Both the position numbers and the translations under genes were made by a program. Below, one piece after another: positions 46,521 through 59,769 of a stretch of DNA of 64,000 nt. Origin of the DNA: Octopus bimaculoides (lineage: Eukaryota); contig NC_068981.1 in the NCBI RefSeq assembly GCF_001194135.2, positions 37,369,235 to 37,433,234 of the forward strand, written 5' to 3'. Each line of letters starts with the position of its first letter. Within the stretch, counting starts at the first letter, position 1. The notes under the pieces are model-generated. The model searched no databases and was not told the origin of the DNA. It saw only the letters and a program-made list of their open reading frames with translations.

Positions 46521-49100
46521 GTATAGATACAATAAGACTGCCTACAAAGAGAGAGAGAGGGGGAGAGAGAGAGAGGGATATGCATTATTGCTAATATACA
46601 ATAACCTGTGGAATTTGACTATTTAATCTTGAATCAACCAAATTTTTCTATAACATTACAATACTTACATTAAGAGCTTTTTATAAAATTCTGTCCTTCC
46701 TTTACATGAATTATTTTAATAATATTGAAATGATATTGCATCTGAAAATAAATTTCTTTCTTCTATAGAGTTGCATATCAAAGGAGGTACCACTTATATG
46801 GTAACCGTCAGATCTGTATTGTTCCATCATGACCTCTTCCAAATTTAATAAAACCTGGTGTCCCTGTTCCTCACAGAAATACTGCTGATGCTGATGAGAG
46901 TTTACACCTCCATCCATCATTTAAGTGGAGACAATACTAAGAAGATTTATTTCAAATTCTTTGCTACAATCCCCTTTTTGAAGAAAATATCTGCATCAGT
47001 TGATTATTTTAACCCCAGTCCTTTATTTTATTGACAGTTAAAAGACAAAAGGTGAAGTTAAACTTAATGGGATTAGAATTCAGGATGTAAATAGCCATAA
47101 CTAAATACCACAAGGTATTTTTCCATCACTACTAATTCTTTCAAGCCACTGCCATAAATAAGTTCAGTTATAACAACTGTTAATCAAACATTCATTCAAA
47201 TACTAGATATCCAGTGGTTGGCACTCAAATATATGTATAAAGAGTACATGTGAATATTTACATTTGTGGAAAAACAATCACATTACTTAATTCACAGAGT
47301 TCTGTTCCAGAATCTATTTCTATATCATAGACTAGAGAAACCAATACTTTATCTACAGACACGCTGTCTCTAGAACGTTTTATTCCAAATTTGTAAACTT
47401 CCATTTCATCTATTATTTATCAACTCAGTATAACATTCACAAGAGAATTTCTCTAAAATACAGAGATGTTTTTTTCAGAAATAGTTGCCATGGTTAGTTC
47501 TGGTCAAGTAGAGATATTGCATGGAGAAAGATAATTTACGAACAATAAGCCAGATAACATTGTTAAGTTTTACTATTGCTAGTCCATCCAGCAACATTGA
47601 AATCTTTTAAACTTTAGTCAAGAGGGAAGGTAGAGATAATGATCTTCCACAAGGCCTCCAAGACTAGTGAAAGGGAGAAAGGTTGCCTCAAACTAGGAAA
47701 CTGGCTTGAATGCTGTCAACTAAGTGAATTCTGCTAAAGTCACACAATTTACACTGGGTTATGTATTAACTTTACCCATGTGAGTTATGGTAGCATTTGA
47801 ACTCAAAACAACAAATCCTAAAAGGTATCTGTTTCCAATGCTCTTACAGTTCTGTGTATCCACTTCCCAGAGTTGGTACTATTTTGTTGATCCTAAAAGG
47901 GTCTCCATAAATTTGATTTTTGGTTGGATATAAACTTAGAGCTCTGATTCCTAGAGAAAATATTGTGAGGTATCCTATCCAATGCTCTCAAAACTCTGCA
48001 TTTCTCTGCATTGTGTAATACAAAAAGTGAAGCCTGTGTTTTTCATTTTGGTCACTAGATATCCCAGTTATATTTGACAAACATTACAGCTAAGAAATGA
48101 CAAATAATCATTAATCAATTTACAAAACTCTCAACCCTCACCATTTATAAACTTTTACACCTTACTTAGCTGAGGAACTGTTGCACCCATTCCTGTTTTC
48201 AGAGTCTCCAAGAGACCCCTGTGATAGAGATCAGAAGAAAGACATTTTTCATGCATTTCTGCAATAGGAAAGGCAAGTTAAACTAAGTAATGGATGACGT
48301 CTACCACTCAACGATTAATTACAGGTCATTTACTCCCCTCCATAGTTTGGTTGTCTAAAGAGATATTTGAAGTTTTAACTTGCTGTATATATAATTTCTG
48401 TGTCTGTTTGAATCAGTTACATCTGAATATGATAGTAGAGTATAGTACCAGGATAAAGCTAATATATCATTGAAGTTAATTTATGATTCAGGTAAATAGT
48501 TTGGTGATGATAGCAATAATAAATTTTAGCCTAATCAACAGATTCATTAATGGGAAATGTTAGAAAACTAAAATTACTGATATATGTATAATTTAGGCAT
48601 GTGAGAGTACCATAATTTTGAAACTTAATTTTCATATGGAGCAAGGCATAGCCAATACATATAAGAAATTTGCTTGACAAACATACGGTTCCAAAAATGA
48701 CACTTAGCATGTTACATCATTAGCATGTGTCCTCTGCTATAGCCTTGGGTTAAGTAAAGCCTTTATATGGTTAAATGACCTTCAAATATAACGTTTAAAT
48801 TTTCCTTAAATTATACACTGCAGTCTTGCAAAATCAGGACCATTGACTGGATAATACAATATGAAATACACAATATCTGAAAACCAAGATGAGATGGTCA
48901 TAGATCTGCTTGTCTGTTTGATCTGATTGACTTGAAGGTTGGATAGAACCAACAAAAACTTTTCCATTTGATTGGATATGTTCTGTATAACTGAATAAAT
49001 AGCAAAAAAGGCTAAACAAAACATCTGCTCAAATACTTTTACAACAGAATATCATTTATAAATCTAAATCATCAAAATTTAATTCTTCAGCGTTTATATA

Positions 49101-49340
49101 TTGGGTTGGCAACTAAGTGCCTGCCATTTTTTTAAATCAAATTTTTTTAAAAGGTTTAATAAAAAATAACAACTAATTAATTAATAATGTATTCACCCTT
49201 GTTGTTTACAACTTCTTCCCAATGTTCAATAAGATTTTCAATACCTCGTTGGTAGAAATCACTTGATTTCAACTAGAAAAATTGATCCAACCAAGCTCCT
49301 AATTCTGCGTCAGTAGATGCTTTTACATACGGCATAAATT
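49101..49340 (-). mobile_element. mariner relic: one TIR plus transposase C-terminus
   Basis: TA|ttgggttggcaactaagt TIR; minus-strand DAELGAWLDQFF*LKSSDFYQRGIENLIEHWEEVVNNKGEYIIN* (stop at 49177-49179). Confidence 0.85.
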
Positions 49341-49469
49341 TTTCCTGATTGTATATGGTATGCAGTTGATTTTTAGATGCCAACTTAGTGGCTTTATTTT
49401 TTTGATTTGTCAGAAAGAAGACTGGTGGTTTGCATAACATCTTTTAAAATACTTGTGCATAAACCCATG

Positions 49470-50340
49470 TAATTTTTCTTTTTGATGATATTATCTTGGA
49501 GAACTGCTGTGACTTTGACTTCATAAACAGCTGAGTGTTTAAAAACTTGATAGCTAATATCATTAATATGTTATCTAATCTCTCCTCTTCAAAAGAAATA
49601 TTTGATAAAACAGCCCCCTTCTATAACAATGCCCCAGCTAACAGTGGCTTTAAAGATATCATATACTTCAATTAAAAATATGTAACCTAAAAACAGATCT
49701 AGAAAAATAATATGGTTCACTCCCACTTATTCTCTAAGCATGAAAACTGGCATTGGCAAAAATGTCTGATATTATTAGATAAGCATTTCCCAGTAAACCA
49801 TAAATACAGGAAGATGTTTTGATAAATGCTTGATAAAAATTTTATACAGTTGCTACCCTAATATGAACGATGTAATTACTTGCAAGTTACACCAAGAGTC
49901 CACTCCAGTTGTAACTGTTGAAATTGTTGATGATTGCCCACTTTATCAGGAATTTTTGATAAACTCAGTTGTTTATGAATTCAAAGTCGCAACGGTACTC
50001 TGAATTATCATGGTCAGAAAGAAAAATTACGTGAGTTTATGCAAAGGTAATTTTAAAAGACTGTGGAAACCACCAATCTACTTTCTGAGACATAAACAAA
50101 GTTAAATCCACTAAGTTGGCTAGTCACATATTGGATCGGAAGACTGACTGCACACCACATACTATCAAGTGGAAAGCCATGGAGAAATTTATTTCATGGA
50201 AATGGAACAAAGAGATGCTAGCTGTGCATGGCTGCAAGATCACACATTCTTGTGCGATCTAAGAATTCCATCACACTACTTAATTCCAGATCCAAAATTC
50301 TTAGCAAATGCAAGCACATGGACAAATTTCTTTTGTTGAA
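49470..50340 (+). pseudogene. Naiad-type Penelope-like element: RT thumb, Cys-rich linker and GIY-YIG endonuclease, disrupted
   Basis: LSNLSSSKEIFDKTAPFYNNAPANSGF; RSRKIIWFTPTYS; LLDKHFPVNHKYRKMF; IKILYSCYPNM; CNC..DCPL...SVVYEFKV; YVSLCKGNFKRLW; STKLASHILDRK..IKWK; RC*LC; SKCKHMDKFLL. Confidence 0.88.
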
Positions 50341-50714
50341 CTGGAGGACATCACCCTCTCCTAACTGAGTAGCTGCCTTGCAGACTTTGGCCTTCTCCCT
50401 GCTGAATTATTGTGTTTCCATGCCATGAAATTATTAGTAGCTCTTATTTAAATACTATGTATATGAAATGATATGCATGTGTGCATGTATGCATACGTGC
50501 ACGTGTGCATGTGCACACACACACACAGATACACAAACTCATACACACAAACATGCACATCTAGATACAAAAGCACACATATAGTTACACAAAAAACTCA
50601 CACACACACACATATAAAGTGCAGGTGTGGTTCTGTGGATCAGAAGATTGTTGAGTGAATTTGGTAGATGGAAAACTGAAAGAAGCCTGTCATATCATCA
50701 TCGACATCATCAAC

Positions 50715-51043
50715 ATAATCATCGTTTAACGTCCGCTTTCCATGCTGGCATGGGTTGGACGGTTTGACTGAAGACTGGCAAGCCAGACTCCAATCTTATC
50801 TGGCAAGGTTTCTACAGTTGGATGCCCTTCCTAATGCCAACCACTCCGAGATTGTAGTGTGTGCTTTTCACCTGTCACTGACACAGGAGCCAGTCATGTG
50901 GCACTGGCATCCACCACACTTAAATGGTGCTTTTTACATGCCACCAGCACAGGAGCTAGTCAGGCAACACTGGCATCGACCATGCTTGAATGGTGCTTTT
51001 TACATACAACCAACATGGGATCCAGTCAGGCAGCACTGGCATC
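50715..51043 (-). mobile_element. (GAT)n-tailed subfamily A retroposon with ~3 internal 66-bp tandem units
   Basis: catcgtttaacgtccgctttccatgc...ggatgcccttcctaatgccaaccactcc; units start at 50861, 50927 and 50993. Confidence 0.88.
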
Positions 51044-51169
51044 ATGTATACACACACACACACACACATGTGCAGGCATGCGCACACATACACACAAATA
51101 TACATGTGTATATATATATATGGATATGCATGTGTGCAGGTGTGTATATGTTTGTGTGTTCCCTTGTTT

Positions 51170-51400
51170 AGACATCATCTGATGGATGTAAATGAACATC
51201 ATTGTCATGCATGCAAGGCTGTTTATTTCCAGACTTTCATGATAAATATGTTTAGCTTTGAGAAAGTATTACCTGGTTTGGAAAGAAGTGAGGGTTGATA
51301 ACAAGAAGGGCATCCAGTCATAGAGAATCTGTCTCAACAAACTTTGTCTGATGCATGCAAGAATGGAAAAATGGATGCTAAATGATGATAATGATGATAT
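51170..51400 (+). mobile_element. (GAT)n-tailed retroposon subfamily B
   Basis: aagtgagggttgataacaagaagggcatccagtcatagagaatctg...atgcatgcaagaatggaaaaatggatgctaaatgatgat. Confidence 0.8.
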
Positions 51401-52234
51401 ATATATATATATATAATTTAACATTAACTTTCTTATGAATGAGTTAACACACAAATGTGTTTTTGATAATGGGCTTTAAGATATCAATGCATGTAAGTAT
51501 TTATATATAATGTAGAAATGATAGTTTCAGATGCTACAGTATTTTTCTATATTCAATTATTTCTATGTCAATATTTTTGTAAAAGACCACATAACAAGCT
51601 GGCTCTGTGAAAACTTCACACTACCTATCGCCTAAAAAAACAAATATAAAAAGGAGGAGAGAGAGAATATAAAAAGAAAAATACATATGAAATGAAAAAA
51701 AATTGCCGTTAGCCAATGTCCAAGACAAAAGAAGCATCAAAGTTATCTCATAAATATTGTTGAAAAAAGAAAGAACGAGTTGTCAGTTTGAAGGTAGAAT
51801 TTCCATTATTGTAGTATTAAGAATGATTGCAATACTAAATATAGCTTATTCTTGTCTGGTGATAACAAAAATCAATTATGTTACAAAAACTTAGAGTTTA
51901 GTAATATTATGTTATTGTAAACGATAGTTTTGTATATTTTCAAATAACACAACGGTATTCATATCATAAGAAAGATAGTTGTAGAGTTGAAAAACAAATA
52001 AATTTGAATAAAGAAATGTGTCAGCATGAAAACTGATAGGGTCAGGTAAGGATATGGGTTAAAGACTGCTTTCATAAGATTTTTCCATGGCCAATCAAAT
52101 AGGTATAGACCACTCTCACCCAGTATTCAAGTCAGAGTTTGAAATCTTATAAAAAATCTCATTAAGATGACCATGTCGTAGCTTAGTTTGTGGCTGGCTC
52201 TGAACAAGCAGGTTCAATGACATTTAAGTTGTGA

Positions 52235-52436
52235 GGGTGGTGAGCTGTCAGAATTGTGATTGTGCCAAACAAAATGCTTAACAGAATTTCTTCTGACTTT
52301 ATGTTCTGAGTACAAATGCCACTGGGGTTCACTGAGCTTTTCATCGTTTTAGAGTCAATAAGTTGTGCACTAGGGTCCATGTAATTGAATTACCCCCTCC
52401 CTCCAAATTGTTGGCCTTCTGCCAAAATTCAAAACC
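52235..52436 (+). mobile_element. SINE family M, degenerate
   Basis: ggtggtgagctgtcagaattg...tttatgttctgagtacaaatgcc...ttggccttctgccaaaatt. Confidence 0.7.
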
Positions 52437-52554
52437 AATGACATTTAAGCTGTTATCAACATTCCTTTTTCAAGAATAATGTACCTGGTTCTACATTCAC
52501 AAAATACTCTTTTTCATAACATAATAGAGTATGGATTGAAGATTTCTTTTTCTG

Positions 52555-52775
52555 CCGTTGCCAGTACTGCCTGACTGGCCTTCGTGCTGGTGGCACGTAA
52601 AAGCACACACTATACTCTCAGAGTGGTTGGCATTAGGAAGGGCATCCAGCTGTAGAAACTCTGCCAAATCAGATTGGAGCCTGGTGTAGCCACCTGGTTC
52701 ACCAGTCCTCAGTCAAATCGTCCAACCCATACTAGCATAGAAAGCGGACGTTAAACGACGATGATGATGATGAGA
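52555..52775 (+). mobile_element. (GAT)n-tailed subfamily A retroposon, young-looking
   Basis: gccgttgccagtactgcctgactggccttcgtgctggtggcacgtaaaagcac...aggaagggcatccagc...gaaagcggacgttaaacgacgatgatgat. Confidence 0.92.
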
Positions 52776-52900
52776 AAGTCATGTTATAACATAGAAGCTC
52801 CCTCTCTGATTTGAAATAATCATGCTCAGTGCATGTTATTACTATAATCTGGATACAGTAAAATCTGAATACAGTGTGTATGTGCATGTATATATGTGTA

Positions 52901-52968
<68 letters not shown>

Positions 52969-53200
52969 TATCAATATATACGTATACATATACCGATACA
53001 CACACACATGCATAAATACAGACATAAATACATAAAAACATGTCTACATACATTCATACATAGGTAAACAGAATTACTTACTGTATCAGTAATATTGCAA
53101 ACATCATTTGCTGTCATACTCTTTATTGAAAAAACATTAAGATGAAATTGCTTTTGGTTTTTAAGACATAAAGGTAGAAATCTTCATATATTTAGTGTAC

Positions 53201-53334
53201 CTCTGTTCTAATGGCACATCGGTCAGAGTAAACCCAATGTTTCTTGTCAAATTCATTGATTTAGAGAGATATTTCCTCAACAGTCCTGTAGTTGTTGTCT
53301 GTTTAATGTATGCTGCTGCCTGCAGCAATGTCTG
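53201..53334 (-). CDS. Candidate coding exon of an unidentified gene
   Basis: NAGNAG acceptor atcttgtaatag|cag; open frame QTLLQAAAYIKQTTTTGLLRKYLSKSMNLTRNIGFTLTDVPLEQ; donor AG|GTACAC (weak); higher GC than its flanks. Confidence 0.3.
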
Positions 53335-53663
53335 CTATTACAAGATACGTATGGAGGAAAGACACTTCAGAAGTGACATTTATCAATGTTGTTAAATTTC
53401 ATTTCCGTTCTCATCTTTATTTCTTAACCAAATTCAAATAAGCACCTCTCTCTCTCTTTCTTTCAGCCTTTCTCTACCACTTTTCCCCACTCTCTCTCTT
53501 CCTCTATCTACCTCTCTCTGACTCTTGTTCTCTCTCTCTCTGTACGCATTCATTATGTATATATGTGTGTACATGTATTTGTGTATATATTCATATATAC
53601 AAATACACACATATATATGCATATAAGTGTGTGTGTATCTGTGTGTGTATATATATACATATA

Positions 53664-53727
<64 letters not shown>

Positions 53728-54040
53728 CATAGGCACACACACATACATACACAGATACATGCACATACACATACATATACCTGTCAGATTCTCTTGAACC
53801 ATGCTACCCTTGCCAGTAGAGAAGCAGATGTAAAATGATGTAGCTGATGATGACACACATAGATACATACAATAGCACAAGCGTATGCATGTAAGTGTGC
53901 GTGTATTACATATATGTGTGTGTGTGTGTGCACGTATGCATATTTGTATCTACGCATGTATATATAAGCATGTGAGTGTGAAGGCATATACTAGTGTATA
54001 TATATGTCAGTGTATGCATGTATGTATGTGTATGTATATG

Positions 54041-54080
<40 letters not shown>

Positions 54081-54586
54081 CACACACCCATGTATGCATG
54101 TATGTATATACACACATACTAACCTACATACCTAAACACAGATATATATATATGCATATACATACATACATATATATATGCATGTGTGTGCGCGCGTGTG
54201 TGTGTGTGTGTGTGCGTGTGTGTTTGTGTATATCAAGTAATGGAAAATTACCCTGAGAGTGTTTGGTATGAATTATGTAATATACAATAGAAACCAACAC
54301 ATGTATTATTGTAGGTGGAAAAACATTATTCAGCTGAGAATATCCCTGCAATTTGAAGAAAGAGCCTCTGTTTAGGCTATTCTATTCTGAATAAAACAGA
54401 ACCACTAGGATAAGTCTTACAATATCAGCTGATCAAAAATTTTGAGAAGTTAAGACAATGCAGTTCAGGAGTGGACATTGCATTTATGTATGTGTATGCA
54501 TACACACACACACACACACACACGCGCGCACAAATGTTGAACAATGAGAACGAGTGCTTGACACCACAATGGTGGATGACGATTCT

Positions 54587-54785
54587 TTATTTGTGCATTA
54601 AGGCTACCTTTGGTTTCATGTTAAGAAAATATCTTAACAATTCTTTAAGCCGATCACATGGAGAAATTGGTCTTCATCTCCACTTTAGAAGGAGTTGAAC
54701 ACCAATTTCATTATGTGATCAGCTTGAAAAATTGTTAAGATATTTTCTTAACATGAAACCAATGGTAGCCTTTGTACACAAATAA
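54587..54785. repeat. 199-bp near-perfect palindrome (fold-back MITE-like)
   Basis: Arms of ~95 bp, roughly 85% identical by eye (ttatttgtg...aaggctacc.ttggtttcatgttaagaaaatatcttaacaatt...gatcacat..gaaattggt...ctcc), with a loop of ~9 nt. Confidence 0.9.
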
Positions 54786-54839
54786 TGTATATTCACATAT
54801 ATATACATATAAATGCACATACATACATATATGCTCATA

Positions 54840-55030
54840 TGGGTCAAACAAAATTCGTTGAGGCAGATTTTCAATGGCTGGATGTGTTTCCTGTCATCAA
54901 CTCATACCAGTTTTCAAGTAAGGCAATATTTCCCTATGACCAGGCATGTTTACACAGAAGATTGTAAATAAAGGACACAGCTTGTGTGATAGTGACACTT
55001 GCTTACAGCTGTCATGTGATATCAAGGCAG
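54840..55030 (-). mobile_element. (GAT)n-tailed retroposon subfamily B
   Basis: gaggcagattttcaatggctggatgtgtttcctgtcatcaactc...aaggcaatatttccctatgaccag. Confidence 0.75.
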
Positions 55031-55109
55031 AGAGACAATAACACAGTAGTACATATACAAAACCACACACATATCCATTCATACATGCATGCATACATAC
55101 ATACATACA

Positions 55110-55215
55110 TACATGGTAGAATACATTCACCCAAGGTACTACATAATGGGACTGAATCTGGAAGCATGTACTTGGAAAGCAAACTTTTTCTCACAAAGCA
55201 ATGCTTGCACCTATT
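55110..55215 (-). mobile_element. CORE-type SINE head
   Basis: cccaaggtactacataatgggactgaatctggaagcatgtacttggaaagcaaac. Confidence 0.7.
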
Positions 55216-56092
55216 TCATAGTTGTATATATATTATGTTACACTGACTGTGGCTGATCTTTCATATTTTGCTTTATTTAAGAGCTTTCATATTTCCTATA
55301 TATCTCATTTGTTTATTCCTTAATAATTGCATACTAAAGTCCCTTTACATTTCAAGACCGTCTCAAACTCATCATCAGAATGAAAAGTAAAATGATAGTT
55401 CATGTTTGTATGCTTTACAGTATTTTTTATAGGTTGGTGGTACTATCAGACAATATTTCTCTATCTAATTTTGTTTCCTGTACACTGTTATATGTTGAAA
55501 TAGTTCCTTGTAAAAGCATAATTAGTCAACGAAAATGTGTTATACATATGTGTCAAATGTATGGGTCGTGAAATTTTCAACACACATATTTACATTGAAA
55601 TTTCTGTATTGCTGTATTACATTGACTATATCTTGCAAGTTTGTGGCTTTATAATGATAAAGTTTGTCATCGTAGTATTTTTGTAATATTTTATGTAGGA
55701 ATTCGTTGGTGTTTTTCATGTGTTGTTTATCTTTCCTACATTTAAGAATGGGATGGTGTTGTGGTCTGAATTCACAATAGAGCTATGTTGGATTATAAAC
55801 TTAAGGAAGGAATTACTTTTGAAATCATCTTTAAGTCTATCCATCTGTTCTTCTCTATCCAGCTCAAAGAATATGTCAACAGCACATTTGATGTATATGA
55901 TGCACAAGGTAAATTTTGCAAATATTTTATAGAATTTATGGTAGTAATAGTGTCTTTTGACGTCTATTTTTCAGTGCATGGTGAAGCATATAGCCAAGCC
56001 CTTGTTATAATTATGTATATAATTATAAAATATTTGTAAAATTTACCTATGAGGTTTTTATTTTCGTGCTGACCACCTTTATTATTATGATG

Positions 56093-56960
56093 CACAAGGT
56101 GCATTCAAAAGTATCTGCCATTGGGCATAAGAAAACAATGTTATACATTTCAAAAATTTTATTTAATTACCTTAAAAAAAATCTCCTTTGTAGTTCCCAT
56201 GCTTCTCCCAGTGGTTTTACCACTGCTGGAAACACCTCTTGAATTTCTTCCCTTGAATACTATGCAGTTTCCCCATCACTTTTCTCATAATCTCCGCTCA
56301 TAACTCAAATCACTTCCAGCATGGTTTTCAGTTTGGGGAAGAGCCAGAAGTCACATGGTGCCAAGCCAAGTGGTGTGTTGTTCTTGACCAGGAAAGCTTG
56401 GATTATGAGGTGCATTAAAAAAGTAACTGCTTTTATCTATTTGCTGAGACTCTGCATGCACAAATCTGTTAAAATGGAATGTACTTATTCCAACTTCATG
56501 AGTAATTTCCTAGATTGTTACATGATGGTCTTCCATAACTATTCACCGGATATTTTCAATCAGCTCCTCGTTCCAGCTTGTGGATTGTCTATCTAAGCAC
56601 ACTTCACTCTCCACCGAGGTGTGGCCATGTTTGAAGTGGTTGTACCACTCCTTAATCATCGTTAAAAGCTTGCTGAATCTTCTGGATGGTTGGAGCTTGA
56701 GTATCACCAATCTTTTGGCAAAACTTGATGCAATATTTCTGTTTGATACTTTCAGTGATTTTGCATGGAAGTGAAAATCTGACAAGTGCATACTATATGT
56801 CTGTACTCTTCAGCGTAACAGCTGGGGACTCATGCAGCCTACTGGTGTGAAAATTTTCTCAATTGTGCAGGGTGGTGTCATCTTCTTTCCAAAGAATTTT
56901 GCCCATGCAGCATTAGTTTTGGTGGGAAAAAAGTCAAATGCATGTTGAACACATCTCGCA
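56093..56960 (-). mobile_element. Internally deleted mariner with both degenerate TIRs
   Basis: Minus strand: IKQKYCIKFCQKIGDTQAPTIQKIQQAF (N-terminal HTH), NEELIENIR..MEDHHVT..EITHEVGIS, QAFLVKNN, LAPCDFWLFPKLK; TIR-like cacaaggtgcattcaaaagtatc and tgcgagatgtgttcaacatg. Confidence 0.85.
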
Positions 56961-59705
56961 TCTATGTTAAGTAATAAAAAGTAATTTTAATATTAACTGA
57001 AAAAATACTACAAATATGAGTCTGAGTGGAACATATGACCTCTCAATCATACTACATCATTTTGTGGACAACGAAATGGAAACTCAGTTGTGCAGACCGA
57101 AACTTTTAAGGATATTTCTTAATATATTAAGAGGTTTTATTGCAGGATGTGTATACATCTTATCTAAATTATAACTGTTGTTTCCATTATTGAAACATTT
57201 GAAAACATCCAAAGTGGAAATATTGAAAATTTTTGTCAGTTTTGTGTGATGTTTCTTTGGATTCATTTGATGATGAAATGTATTGTGAATAAATTCTTTT
57301 TGAAGAGCCTAGAAAAGAATAGAACTTATTTGAATGCTTTTAGTGATGATTAATTTGAGTTTAATTTTTTACTGTCTAGTGTGGGTTTTCTAGTGTTGAT
57401 GAAATTGCTACCAAATAGCATATTGTTTTATTTTCATTATATATTTTCTTTCCTTCGAAATAACAAACAAATTGTTATCACTTTCACATATAATTTTATC
57501 ACTATTTTCAAGTTCTGCAATTTAAGATTCATGCTACCTTGCTTTTATAAATTCTTTTCTATCTCTGTCTTTATTGCCTTCATTCCTGGATAAGTCACAC
57601 AGTTTGTCCTCAATTTTTATTATACTTTTATCACTAGGAATCACAAGAGACTGATAAAGTAATTCGAGTTTAACATTTCAAAGATTTTTTTGTTTTCATC
57701 ATATGTTTTTTTTTAGGTGGAAGATTTTGCTGAAATTGAGGTATTTAATTTGATGAAGTCGAAGTGTCTGCTTTGGAACTAACAATTTTTTTCCATTATA
57801 AAGACTGCTAAGCATCTGAATATTGTTATTCCTAACTTAACGTGAGAGTTAAGTCTGTATATTATTGCTAGATGGTAGATAAGTAAAGGTTTGTTGCATA
57901 TTTTATGCTTTTTGTTTTGTTTAGATATTTCTGTTGATACTTTTTATTTATCCTGCTTCACTATGTTTTGCAACAAGGTTTATTTTAACCTTTAAATGAT
58001 TGGAAAGGGTTGCATAAATTTGTGTGCCAACCTAGTAAAAACAAAAGGTATTATTTTCCTTAAGGATAATTTTTGTACTTATTTTCACTTTAGTACAAAA
58101 ACTATAGTAATTGAATGTCTTCCACACAATAAAATTTATGATGGCATTATCAAAAAATGCTAAATAATATACACTTTCCTTTGATGATGGTTGTATCCAT
58201 GTAAATTTTTTAAAACACCCATTGATAATGTCACCCATTTCAGGATTAGACCGATGCTTCTCAAAGTGAGCATTGGGAAATTGTATATAGATACCAGGTG
58301 CAAAAAGGGAACATTAAGGAGCAACTGATACATCTGTACAGTTTTATATTCTTTGTCTCCTATTTAAATATTAACTTTAAAAACATTTTAATGAAATATT
58401 ATGATAAACTGCTTGTTTGCTGCCATCACAAATATAACAATAATGACGACAGCAACAATTAATGTGAATATATAAATGAATAAAAAAATATATATATATA
58501 TACCAAGTATGTTTACAGTAAAATGGTACTGCGGTAAGTAGTCCCCTGCATCAAACTAGAACCTAGGTCTAAATTACTCTGGCTGATACTAAGTGTATGT
58601 ACATTAAAATAGTGTGGTGGTGATAGGGGCTTGAATAGTAACAAAAAGGCACTAAAAATGCTACCAAACAAAAGAAGTCTTTAGTTTCAGAAGCTTGCAA
58701 TGTGTTGAATTAAACGATTGAGGAATGGCAGCAACTTTGAAAATATGTGAATTGAATTAAATTGAACTAGTTCTAGTTCTGCCATTTGCTGGTGAGAGTA
58801 AATATATTTTTAAACATATCAAAATATAATTAATCATGGAAATTTCACTAGTTGTCAAAAAAAAAAAAAAAAATGAATTATCATACACATCATGCCTTCA
58901 TCTATTCGATTTTTATACACAGAACATGTGACACATTCATCAATTCATGTGTAAAATCCATGTGCTATTTTCTTGTCTTTAGTTTCATATGCGTAAAACA
59001 CACAAAAGCAAAGGTTCTTCTTGTTAATACAGTTTTTAGTGTTGTTGAAATAAAAAAGACTAAATGTTGTTTTCTTTCAGAATATGTAGTCCATTGCATA
59101 GAAAATAGTCTTTTTTAGTTTGTTGGGATTTTGGAATCCCATAAGAAATATCGATGTAAGTGCCTATAAAAATTCTCCAGTTTTGATCTTTCATTTAATG
59201 AGCAGGTAACTGTAACAGATATTTTTTCTATGAAAAACATGTCCTGGATGTAGTAATATAAGGCAACACGTGTTCTATAATATATCAGTCGATTATGCAA
59301 TTGTTAATAATATCATCCTTTGAATTCTAGACATATTTGGAGAGTGGAGTAGTGAGGTATCTTTGTAAGTGTTTTAATATATATACCATTTGTTTCAAGA
59401 ATTTTCTTTTCATTGCTTCTATGACTGGAATAAATTCAATAAAAGTTGTCCAATGCTGACATATACAACTTATCTCTACATAATTGCAACAACTCTAAAT
59501 CTGCTCTCTCGGCAGGTACAAGGGTTAGCATCTCACATGAAATGAACTTTGAAAAGATATTATTCCACACTATTTAGCAGTATTGAGTACTTTTTTTCAC
59601 TTTCTTGGAATTCACACCAGACAAAAACTATAACCAACCAATATGTGAATGTGTGCACTCACATGTGTGTGTATGTGTGTGTGTGTGCATGTATGTGTAT
59701 ATGTT

Positions 59706-59741
<36 letters not shown>

Positions 59742-59769
59742 TACACAGGAATGATTGAGTGGTGAAATA

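Noticed and set aside
49908-49925. TGA directly after CNC in the Naiad linker as a possible selenocysteine codon
   Set aside because: It falls at the position normally Arg (CGA to TGA CpG decay) and is followed by a frameshift in a copy with many other lesions. No SECIS was seen.
57000-58250. Minus-strand A-rich stretch with CESDNNLFVI (ADK-like) as an RT remnant
   Set aside because: A single weak motif, with no downstream RT motifs recoverable by eye.
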